Shown here one piece after another: positions 1-6,736 of a DNA stretch of 10,995 nt. Positions within the stretch are counted from its first letter, which is position 1. Every line of letters begins with the position of its first letter. The stretch comes from an uncultured archaeon (lineage in GTDB: Archaea > Iainarchaeota > Iainarchaeia > Iainarchaeales > CSSED10-239). The stretch covers positions 51,288 to 62,282 of the forward strand of contig CAZQEL010000003.1 in assembly GCA_964591795.1 (NCBI GenBank), given 5' to 3'. Position numbers and translations under genes: made by a program. The notes beneath the pieces were generated by a model that saw only the letters and a program-made list of their open reading frames with translations, searched no databases and was not told the DNA's origin.

Positions 1-52
1 AGGTATTTTAAGCATTACCATAGATTATATAATTAGAAATTTTTTAAATAAA

Positions 53-59
53 AGGTGAT
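53..59 (+). promoter_or_regulatory. Shine-Dalgarno-like ribosome-binding site (AGGTGAT) for the ORF starting at 65
   Basis: AGGTGAT at 53-59 is a 7-nt match to the complement of the conserved archaeal 16S rRNA 3' end (core GGAGGTGATCC). A 5-nt spacer follows, then ATG at 65. GTGAT/GGTGA cores with 4-7 nt spacers recur before other starts in this window (442-446; minus strand 2438-2434, 4302-4299, 5806-5801, 6634-6630). Confidence 0.5.
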
Positions 60-64
60 ATGTT

Positions 65-340
65 ATGCCAAAAGAACAAGATTATTTAAACGATGCAATT
101 TATGACAAAGGACAAGGATCACTAGATAATATTGAAAAACCAAAAAAAATTAAAAAAATTAAAAAAAATCTAGGCTACACTGAAAATATACTTAACACAC
201 TTTTTAAAAAGAAAAAAATAGTTAAAAAAGAATATAAACCAAAAAAAGAAAATAAAAAAACATCACTAAGTAAAACTAAAAAAAGGACTATAAATATTTT
301 TAAAAAGAAAAAAGATATGACATTTTTTAATAAATTATAG
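65..340 (+). CDS. Hypothetical small, extremely lysine-rich basic protein (91 aa)
   Basis: ATG-to-TAG ORF preceded by a strong SD-like motif at the right spacing. By my count it has 28 Lys + 1 Arg against 10 Asp/Glu. The first ~25 residues are acidic/polar (MPKEQDYLNDAIYDKGQGSLDNIE) and the rest is KK-rich low complexity. A T6 run (342-347) follows the stop directly. I recognise no family. In A-rich DNA a Lys frame stays open easily, so coding status is not certain. Confidence 0.45.
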   Translation: MPKEQDYLNDAIYDKGQGSLDNIEKPKKIKKIKKNLGYTENILNTLFKKKKIVKKEYKPKKENKKTSLSKTKKRTINIFKKKKDMTFFNKL

Positions 341-451
341 ATTTTTTAATAAAATGCAAAAATATTTAAATTTAGAAAATATATTTAAATACCTCTACTT
401 ATATATTAAATATAATATAACAATTAAATTAATTAAAAAATGGTGAAAAAA

Positions 452-856
452 ATGAATGATTTTCAAATAAAATTTGTCCAAGCAGGACAATTAAAAGAAA
501 GACAATTTATTGTAATTGAAGGTGTAATCTGTAGAATTGATACAATGGATAAATCAAAACCAGGTAAACACGGTGCTGCAAAGCTTAGAATGACAGCAAC
601 TGGTGTTTTTAATAATAAAAAAATGAATTTATTAAAACCAGTTGATGCTGATGTAGAAGTTCCTGTAATTGACAAAGCAAATGCACAAATAATTTCAGAT
701 TCTGGTGACAAATACCAAATCATGGATATTACTGATTATAAAACATACGAAGTTAACAAAGGAGAATTTAAAGATCTTAAAGCTGGAGATAACATAGAAT
801 ATATGAAAGCTGGACCTTTTATAAAAATATCAAGAAAAAGAGCAGATACAGAATAA
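452..856 (+). CDS. eif5a: Translation initiation factor 5A (aIF5A)
   Basis: The product contains the hypusine-site motif DKSKPGKHGAAK plus the C-terminal OB-like region, and its length (~134-138 aa) is typical of aIF5A. The ORF is open from ATG 440 (MVKKM...). However, GGTGA at 442-446 sits 5 nt upstream of the in-frame ATG at 452, so 452 is my preferred start. The stop TAA is at 854-856. Confidence 0.92.
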   Translation: MNDFQIKFVQAGQLKERQFIVIEGVICRIDTMDKSKPGKHGAAKLRMTATGVFNNKKMNLLKPVDADVEVPVIDKANAQIISDSGDKYQIMDITDYKTYEVNKGEFKDLKAGDNIEYMKAGPFIKISRKRADTE

Positions 857-876
857 ATACTTATTCTGTATTTTTT
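846..876 (+). terminator. Hairpin plus T-run terminator-like element at the aIF5A 3' end
   Basis: Perfect 10-bp stem: 847-856 (tacagaataa) pairs with 861-870 (ttattctgta), with loop atac. The stem is extendable by 846/871 and is followed by T6 (871-876). It includes the aIF5A stop codon. Archaeal termination mainly needs oligo-T, so the hairpin is an extra. Confidence 0.5.
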
Positions 877-882
877 ATTATT

Positions 883-914
883 AAAAAAAAAGAGTAATTA
901 AAAAATTACTCTTT
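883..914 (-). terminator. Hairpin plus T-run terminator-like element at the metG 3' end
   Basis: 11-bp stem: 889-899 pairs with 904-914, with loop 900-903. It contains the metG stop (906-908). Read on the minus strand, the hairpin is followed by a run of T (plus-strand A-run 883-888, continuing into the stem). Confidence 0.45.
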
Positions 915-2429
915 AATTTCAATTTTAGAAAACAAATTACCATATTTTTTAATAATTTTCCCTTCTATTATATTTGTAAAAGCTAGTTTTTTGTGTTCTA
1001 GATTTTCTGTGTCCAAACCTAATTGAGTAAACATCTCTTTCCATTTTTTTGTAAGAATAGGAGATAATTCTAATGCAAGAATTCTTATTGACTCAAGCAA
1101 ATTATAAATAACCTTATCAAACTGTTCAGGGTCAGATGTTATTAATTCCCAAGGTTTGTTATCCTGAACATATTTATTTAATGTAGCAGAAATTTTAAGA
1201 ATTTCATTTAAAATTTTTGAAAGTTCATATTTTTTATAAAGTTCATGTATTATAAATATTTTACTTTCAATAATTTCTGAAAAATCATCCTTGTAAAAAG
1301 AAAAACCATTTGGTTTATTTCTTTTTTCAGCTAAAGTTACAACTCTTGATAAAAGATTACCAATACTTGAACTTAAATCACTATTTACTCTTTCAACAAA
1401 ACTCTTTTTTGAAAAAGAACCATCTTCTCCAAAAGACATTTCTTTAATCACATAATATCTATAGATATCTGAACCAAACTTTTCAACATATTCTTCAGCA
1501 TAGATAACATTATTAAAAGATTTAGACATCTTTTTACCTTCTGAAAGATACCATCCATGAGCAAATTCTCTAACAGGAAGTTCTATGTCTAGAGATTTTA
1601 AAAAGATAGGCCAATATATTGCATGAAACCTAAATATCTCTTTACCCATTAATTGAAAGTCAGGTGGCCAATATTTATTATAATTTTCAGATCCTTCTCC
1701 ACCAAGAGCAGAATAATAATTAAACAAGGCATCAAGCCAAACATAAATTGTATATTTCTTATCAAAAGGAAGTTCAATACCCCAAGGAACTTTTTCTTTA
1801 ACTCTTGAAATACATAAATCTTCAAGCCCATTATTTATAAAAGACAGAATTTCATTTTTATTTGATTCTGGCCCTAAAAAAGAAGGATTATCTTCAATGT
1901 ATTTTAAAAGCCATTCTTGATATTTTGAAAGTTTAAAAAAATACGCATCCTCGTTTTCAATTGTTACAGGATGTCCAAAAGGACATATTTTATTAGTCAA
2001 ATCCTTCTCAGTATAAAAAGATTCACAACCCTTACAATAATAGCCTTTGTAACTACCTTTGTAAATATCTCCTTTTTCAAACATCTTTTGAGCAATATTT
2101 TGAACAACTTTTACATGTTCCTTATCAGTTGTTCTTATAAAATAATCATAGGAAATATCAAGATCCTTCCAAACCTTCTTTGTGGAAACTACTAACGTAT
2201 TTAAAAATTCATTTGGTTCTTTCCCTTCATTTTTTGCTGCTTGATAAACTTTTAATCCATGCTCATCAGTACCTGTTAAATAAAAAACATCAGAACCTAA
2301 AAGTCTATAGTATCTTGCAAAAACATCTGCAACTATTGTAGTGTAAGAATGACCTAAGTGAAACTTACCACTTACATAATAAATTGGTGTTGTTATAAAA
2401 TATTTTTTTGGGAAATCTAAATTGTTCAT
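906..2429 (-). CDS. metG: Methionyl-tRNA synthetase (class I, short form without a C-terminal appended domain)
   Basis: HIGH-type motif (GKFHLGHSYT), KMSKS motif (KKMSKSFNN), the ITTPIYY N-terminal signature and one CxxC...C...H knuckle in the connective peptide. The ORF is open to ATG 2444. The in-frame ATG at 2429 is preceded by GTGAT (2438-2434) with a 4-nt spacer and gives a more typical N-terminal length, so 2429 is preferred and 2444 remains possible. Confidence 0.94.
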   Translation of the reverse strand: MNNLDFPKKYFITTPIYYVSGKFHLGHSYTTIVADVFARYYRLLGSDVFYLTGTDEHGLKVYQAAKNEGKEPNEFLNTLVVSTKKVWKDLDISYDYFIRTTDKEHVKVVQNIAQKMFEKGDIYKGSYKGYYCKGCESFYTEKDLTNKICPFGHPVTIENEDAYFFKLSKYQEWLLKYIEDNPSFLGPESNKNEILSFINNGLEDLCISRVKEKVPWGIELPFDKKYTIYVWLDALFNYYSALGGEGSENYNKYWPPDFQLMGKEIFRFHAIYWPIFLKSLDIELPVREFAHGWYLSEGKKMSKSFNNVIYAEEYVEKFGSDIYRYYVIKEMSFGEDGSFSKKSFVERVNSDLSSSIGNLLSRVVTLAEKRNKPNGFSFYKDDFSEIIESKIFIIHELYKKYELSKILNEILKISATLNKYVQDNKPWELITSDPEQFDKVIYNLLESIRILALELSPILTKKWKEMFTQLGLDTENLEHKKLAFTNIIEGKIIKKYGNLFSKIEIKE

Positions 2430-2460
2430 AAATATCACATCCATGTTTTTTTTAAAATAA

Positions 2461-2479
2461 TTAAATCTTAAAGATTTAA
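2461..2479. promoter_or_regulatory. Perfect 19-bp palindrome (ttaaatctt-a-aagatttaa) in the metG upstream region; candidate operator
   Basis: 9-bp arms around a single central base, located 17-35 nt upstream of ATG 2444. It lies just downstream, in metG orientation, of a TATA-like TTTTTAAA (minus strand 2482-2475). A palindrome of this size could arise by chance in DNA this AT-rich. Confidence 0.25.
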
Positions 2480-2491
2480 AAATACACTTTC

Positions 2492-2516
2492 AAAAACCCT
2501 GCAACTATAGTGCAGG
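2492..2516 (-). terminator. GC-rich hairpin followed by T5 (minus strand) in the pheT-metG spacer
   Basis: Stem cctgca (2498-2503) / tgcagg (2511-2516) with a 7-nt loop. On the minus strand it is followed by g-ttttt-g (2497-2491). It sits in a local GC-enriched patch (~2496-2545) within otherwise AT-rich spacer. It could terminate pheST read-through and/or a small local transcript. Confidence 0.35.
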
Positions 2517-2635
2517 TATCACATGGCCATAAGAGAAACAGCTATAAATAGATTAAAATAATTTGCAATAATATTTGAAATTCCTTTCTCTATCATATAT
2601 ATATTATTAAAATATATGTATATAAACCTTTATAT

Positions 2636-4291
2636 TTAGAAAATAACTTCAATTTCAAAACCACAAACAGGCATAGTATAATTATGATTTTGTAAAATGT
2701 TAGGAGAAAACTCACCAATATGCCCTACATCTTTACCATCTATAAAAACAGAAGCGCTTCTTCCTTTAATATAAAATGGAAATTCTTTTTCTTTAAGTTC
2801 TAAACGTTTTCCAAAAACATTTGTTAAAGCTAAAAGAGTAGAAGAAATTTCAGTAAAACTTATTTTAGAATTTGCAATTACTGCTGCTAAATGAAGTTTA
2901 CTTTCAGACAAAGTTTCTTTTTTTTTATTTTCAACAACAACAAAATCACATGCAAATAATTTTTGTGCAAAAGATTTATGTTGATTATTTACAAGTGCTT
3001 TAAAAAGTTTAGGAATAATCCAAGTTCCAACTATATTAATTGAACTTTCAGCACTAAAACCTAAAGGAATATATTTTTCTAGTTTTAAATTAAAATTTTC
3101 AAAAGAATCTTTTTTTGAAGATAAAATAAAAGGTAAAACTTCAATAAAACCCATTGAAGCCATACTTGTAATTATTTGATCTTGAATAACTGATATTTCT
3201 AATCTTTCACCTACAGATGGAATATTTGTGTAAGTTGGAGTAATTTTATCTAAAGTATAACTTCTTGCTAAATCGTCAGCAATATCATTTTCATGCATAA
3301 TATCTGTTCTAAAAACAGGAATAGTTACTTCAATTAAATCAGAAGAAATTTCCTTTAAAGAATACATCATCCTTTCAAGATTAAAAATAGCTTCCTTTAA
3401 AGAAATTTTAGAACCTAATATTTGATTCATTGATTTTAAAGAAACTACCATTTTTCTTTCAGAAAAATCTGGAGAAATTATTTTTTTATCTGGATAAACA
3501 ATTTCAAGAGAATATAACTCTCCTAAAAAATCAGAAAACATAGAAACTAAAATATTCATTGTATGTTTTAATTTTAAAAGATTTTGACCAGTACACTCTA
3601 AAAATAAATCCTTTGTATGAACCGTAACTTTACCAGTATCATTTGAGTTAATTATAGGTGGCATTGAAAGAATTTTATTATTTGCATCCTTAAAATAAAG
3701 ATACCTTTGTTTATTTTCTAAAAGATAAGAATATTCTTGACCAATAGGATGTTTTTCAATAATATCTTTACCTGTCATTTCCTTATTTTCACCTAAAGGA
3801 ATAAATTTTATACTTTCTGGAAAATCAGCTTGAAAAGAAATTGGAAAAGAAATTTTATCCAACGGATATATTCCAATGGCAACCGATTTTCTTTTTCTAC
3901 CATAAGTTAAATGTAATTTTTCTTGAACAGTAATTATTTCTTTTATTTTTTCATCATCTAAAGATAAATTTTTAATAATTGCGCACATAGTATAATTACC
4001 ATAATTAACCGCAGACAAATCAACAATAACTTTCTTTCCAGAGTCCATTAATTTAGCTGGCATATATTTATTTATAGACATATATGATTCAAGAGCCCTT
4101 TTAAAACCAACAAATGATAATAAATCAATTCTTTCAGCAGTAATTTCTACCTTTAAAACATCAGTATCTACATCATATCCATCAATTTCAAGACCAAAAT
4201 TAAATAAAACTTCTTCAAATTCGTTTAAAGTAAGATTAGGTTTATTTATTTCTTGTTTAAGTTTTTTAAATTCAAAATCAATTACAGCCAT
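2636..4291 (-). CDS. pheT: Phenylalanyl-tRNA synthetase beta subunit (archaeal type)
   Basis: The ~550-aa product has the archaeal PheT-like N-terminus (…EITAERIDLLSFVGFKRAL…) and the right overall length. It lies immediately downstream of pheS in the conserved pheS-pheT arrangement. The ORF-track start at 4306 is a TTG that overlaps pheS. The ATG at 4291 (MAVIDFEF...) lies 7 nt after the pheS stop, and GAGTGA (4304-4299) serves as an SD-like motif, so 4291 is preferred. Confidence 0.88.
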   Translation of the reverse strand: MAVIDFEFKKLKQEINKPNLTLNEFEEVLFNFGLEIDGYDVDTDVLKVEITAERIDLLSFVGFKRALESYMSINKYMPAKLMDSGKKVIVDLSAVNYGNYTMCAIIKNLSLDDEKIKEIITVQEKLHLTYGRKRKSVAIGIYPLDKISFPISFQADFPESIKFIPLGENKEMTGKDIIEKHPIGQEYSYLLENKQRYLYFKDANNKILSMPPIINSNDTGKVTVHTKDLFLECTGQNLLKLKHTMNILVSMFSDFLGELYSLEIVYPDKKIISPDFSERKMVVSLKSMNQILGSKISLKEAIFNLERMMYSLKEISSDLIEVTIPVFRTDIMHENDIADDLARSYTLDKITPTYTNIPSVGERLEISVIQDQIITSMASMGFIEVLPFILSSKKDSFENFNLKLEKYIPLGFSAESSINIVGTWIIPKLFKALVNNQHKSFAQKLFACDFVVVENKKKETLSESKLHLAAVIANSKISFTEISSTLLALTNVFGKRLELKEKEFPFYIKGRSASVFIDGKDVGHIGEFSPNILQNHNYTMPVCGFEIEVIF

Positions 4292-4298
4292 AAAATAT

Positions 4299-5795
4299 TC
4301 ACTCAAATTTTCTTTTTGGAATTATATAGTTTCTAAGATATTCAATATCACAATCATCACCAAAAACTTCCTTAATGTTACCTTTATCTAAAAGAAGCAT
4401 ACCAATTCTTTCAATACCTATACCCCAAGCAATAACATTATTTTTGATGCCATATGGTTCTAATGTTTCTTTTCTAAAAACACCAGAATTCATAATTTCT
4501 CTATATCCTTTAAATTTTTCAAAGTAAGCATAAACTTCAACACTTGGTTCTGTATAAGGATTATATGTGGGTTTTATTTTTATTTTAGTAATACCAAGCT
4601 TACTTAAAAACTTTTTAATAAATCCAATTAAATCAGAAAGGCCTATATTTTTACCAATTACAAAACCTTCTGCCTGATAAAATTCAGCTAAGTGTATTGA
4701 ATCAATAGATTCATTTCTAAAAACTTTACCCACACAAAAATATTTTGAATTTTTCTTTTCTTCTTTTGTTAAATTATAAAAAGTTCTGAAAGTTACAGAG
4801 GTTGTATGTGTTCTTAATATTAAATTTTTAGATATTTCCTCATCCCAAATATATTGATGACCAGTAGAACCTGTTTTTGAACCGGTTTCATGAACAGCTT
4901 TTATTTTTTGTAAAAAAGATCTACTTTTTGGTAATTTTCCTTTAAGTGGTAAATAGAAAGTATCTTGCATATCTCTCATTGGGTGATCCTGTGAAATAAA
5001 CATAGAATCCATTGGCCAGAAGGAAACATCAACATAGGGTCCTGTCATTTCTTTAAACCCCATTTCTAAATATAAGTCTTTAATATAACCCATAATCATT
5101 CTTAATGGATGTACTCTTCCAATTTCTGCAGCTTTTGGAAGTTTTGATACTTCATATTCTTTAAATTTTAAATTTTTATAATTATTTTTTTTTAAAATTT
5201 CAGAAGTTAAATTAATTATTGTATCTTTATCAATAACATATTCTTTTTCAGTTAAAAATAAATAGGTTTTATTTAAAATTACTTTTTTTGAAATAAATTT
5301 ACGTTGTAAAAAATCAGATACAATTTCAGTAGAAACTTCTTTTGATGAAGTTAATATTTTTTTCAAATCCTCTTTTAAAGGTTTAATCTTAGAAATATAA
5401 TTTAAATCAACAATAATTTTTCCAGAATCAATTATTACAAGATTAAGTCTTTTAGAAATTCCAAAAGCTAAAGGAATTTCATTATCTAAAAGTCCTTTTA
5501 TTTTCAAAGTTTTTAAGGAAGACATTAAAATATTTTTATTTTTAATATAATTACAAAATATTTCTTCAATAAACCCTTTTTTTAAAGCAGCTTTACCAAT
5601 TTCGGTTAAATAATAAATAGAAGTTTCATTTACTTTTTCAGAAATAATAGCTTCTAATTTTAAAAGTTCTAAAGAATGTCTTACTGAATCTGAATCTAAA
5701 TTAAGATTAGAAACAATTTCATCAAAATTAATAGTTTTCTTTTCTTTTAAAAGATTATACACTAAAATATCTATATTATTAAATTTCACAATCAT
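4299..5795 (-). CDS. pheS: Phenylalanyl-tRNA synthetase alpha subunit (archaeal/eukaryal type with N-terminal winged-helix-like extension)
   Basis: Class II motif 2 (GKVFRNESIDSIHLAEFYQAEG) and motif 3 (AWGIGIERIGMLLL). The 498-aa length, with a long N-terminal extension, is typical of the archaeal alpha subunit. AGTGAT (5806-5801) lies 5 nt upstream of ATG 5795. Confidence 0.93.
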   Translation of the reverse strand: MIVKFNNIDILVYNLLKEKKTINFDEIVSNLNLDSDSVRHSLELLKLEAIISEKVNETSIYYLTEIGKAALKKGFIEEIFCNYIKNKNILMSSLKTLKIKGLLDNEIPLAFGISKRLNLVIIDSGKIIVDLNYISKIKPLKEDLKKILTSSKEVSTEIVSDFLQRKFISKKVILNKTYLFLTEKEYVIDKDTIINLTSEILKKNNYKNLKFKEYEVSKLPKAAEIGRVHPLRMIMGYIKDLYLEMGFKEMTGPYVDVSFWPMDSMFISQDHPMRDMQDTFYLPLKGKLPKSRSFLQKIKAVHETGSKTGSTGHQYIWDEEISKNLILRTHTTSVTFRTFYNLTKEEKKNSKYFCVGKVFRNESIDSIHLAEFYQAEGFVIGKNIGLSDLIGFIKKFLSKLGITKIKIKPTYNPYTEPSVEVYAYFEKFKGYREIMNSGVFRKETLEPYGIKNNVIAWGIGIERIGMLLLDKGNIKEVFGDDCDIEYLRNYIIPKRKFE

Positions 5796-5827
5796 AGAAA
5801 ATCACTAAAATTATTTTTAATTAAAAA

Positions 5828-6622
5828 TTAATCATCAAAAAAATCACTATCAACAACAAATTCTTTTTTCTGTTTTTTAGGTTTTATTTCAGAATTATTT
5901 ATAACGAATTTTTGAATTGAATTTTCAAGTGGTTTTTTAAAAATTAAAATTGTAGCAATTAAAATAATAAATACAAGTATTAAATAATAAAATAAGTTAG
6001 ATTCGTTTGAAGTAACAATTACAAAACTTGGTTTTGGTGGTTTTTTTTCATAGGCTAAAATTTTCATTTCATTTGAAGAAATTCCTTGCCAGTAAATTAC
6101 ATTTTTTTCAAGAGTTCCAACTGGTATAGGATCTTTAATTACTAAAGGATCATATACTTGAATAGTTAATTTTGAATCTGCAGAAATAACATAAAGATTA
6201 TTAGTTACAAAATTTCTTAAAATATTCTCATTAAACTTCCAAAGAATATCTTCTTCAGTTTCATAATAATTTTGAAGCAAAAGCCCAGATATTTCATAAC
6301 TCATTGTAATTTTATCATTTGCTTCATCAAAACCAATTGAAATATCAGAAAAATCTTTTAAATAAATATTAGGTTTTATCTTTGGATCAATTAAAACTGT
6401 TTTTTCAAGATCAATATTTGCTAAAAGAATCTTTTCTTTAAAAAGAACTTTATCATCTATTACTTGAGAATCATATGAAACAGTCCAACTTTCTGTTATA
6501 TATGCTTTTTGAGGACTTCTAATATCTATTAAAATATCAAAATCAGTTAGTTTAGCTGAATAGATGTTTGGAATTAAAAATAAAATAATTAAGAAAATAA
6601 ATATTAGTTTTCTATTCATCAT
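5828..6622 (-). CDS. Hypothetical secreted, membrane-anchored protein (N-terminal signal peptide plus C-terminal TM helix)
   Basis: From Met-17 of the tracked ORF the sequence reads MMNRKLIFIFLIILFLIPNIYSA (basic n-region, hydrophobic core, small residues), followed by a ~200-aa soluble domain. Then comes a hydrophobic helix LFYYLILVFIILIATILIF and a ~40-aa charged tail ending in DSDFFDD. GTGAT (6634-6630) lies 7 nt upstream of ATG 6622. The tracked start at 6670 adds 16 residues ahead of the signal peptide and is less likely. I recognise no family. Confidence 0.7.
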   Translation of the reverse strand: MMNRKLIFIFLIILFLIPNIYSAKLTDFDILIDIRSPQKAYITESWTVSYDSQVIDDKVLFKEKILLANIDLEKTVLIDPKIKPNIYLKDFSDISIGFDEANDKITMSYEISGLLLQNYYETEEDILWKFNENILRNFVTNNLYVISADSKLTIQVYDPLVIKDPIPVGTLEKNVIYWQGISSNEMKILAYEKKPPKPSFVIVTSNESNLFYYLILVFIILIATILIFKKPLENSIQKFVINNSEIKPKKQKKEFVVDSDFFDD

Positions 6623-6706
6623 ATTTAATATCACATTTAAAACCCTATTATATATATTGTAGAAATACATTTATATATCTTTTCTAAACAGCAAAAAACA
6701 CTACTC

Positions 6707-6714
6707 TTTAAATA
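6707..6714 (+). promoter_or_regulatory. TATA-box-like element (TTTAAATA) for the MBL-fold hydrolase gene, with leaderless geometry
   Basis: TTTAAATA matches the archaeal TATA consensus (TTTAWATA) and sits at -30..-23 relative to ATG 6737. There is no SD-like motif in between, consistent with a leaderless or near-leaderless mRNA. The AT-rich background makes TATA calls weak. Confidence 0.4.
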
Positions 6715-6736
6715 AAAGTTCGTTTAATACATATAT

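Noticed and set aside
142-169. Imperfect tandem repeat of an A-rich ~9-10-bp unit (A8-tt, A7-tt, A8-t)
   Set aside because: It is low-complexity sequence encoding KKIKKIKK within the Lys-rich ORF. With only three units and no spacers, it is not a CRISPR or satellite-type array.
362-390. 10-bp direct repeat atatttaaat at 362-371 and 381-390, upstream of aIF5A
   Set aside because: It is pure A/T TATA-like sequence in an AT-rich spacer. A chance repeat is plausible and its distance to the aIF5A start does not fit a promoter well.
463-723. 86-aa minus-strand ORF inside the aIF5A gene
   Set aside because: It lies entirely antisense to a confidently identified conserved gene and has no start-site signals or recognisable features. 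This is typical shadow-ORF behaviour.
1649-1831. 60-aa minus-strand ORF inside metG
   Set aside because: It is an alternative frame nested within the MetRS coding region. It is short, has no RBS-like motif and its sequence is low-information.
1971-2036. MetRS zinc knuckle reading CxxC...CxxxH (C137, C140, C154, H158 in tracked numbering) instead of two CxxC pairs
   Set aside because: The number and ligand composition of the knuckles in the MetRS connective peptide are known to vary between lineages, including Cys3-His sites. This is not anomalous without an alignment.
1971-2195. 74-aa plus-strand ORF antisense to metG
   Set aside because: It is a shadow ORF opposite a conserved gene. Its hydrophobic composition is what antisense translation of an A-rich coding strand produces.
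2496-2545. GC-enriched patch as a tRNA or C/D-box sRNA
   Set aside because: I found no cloverleaf arrangement and no T-loop-like GTTCRA motif. Neither strand has a C box (TGATGA) or D box (CTGA). Only a single 6-bp hairpin is evident.
5813-5828. 16-bp perfect palindrome atttttaattaaaaat in the spacer before pheS
   Set aside because: It is composed only of A/T with no loop, so it would form a very weak RNA hairpin. Such sequences are expected by chance at this composition.
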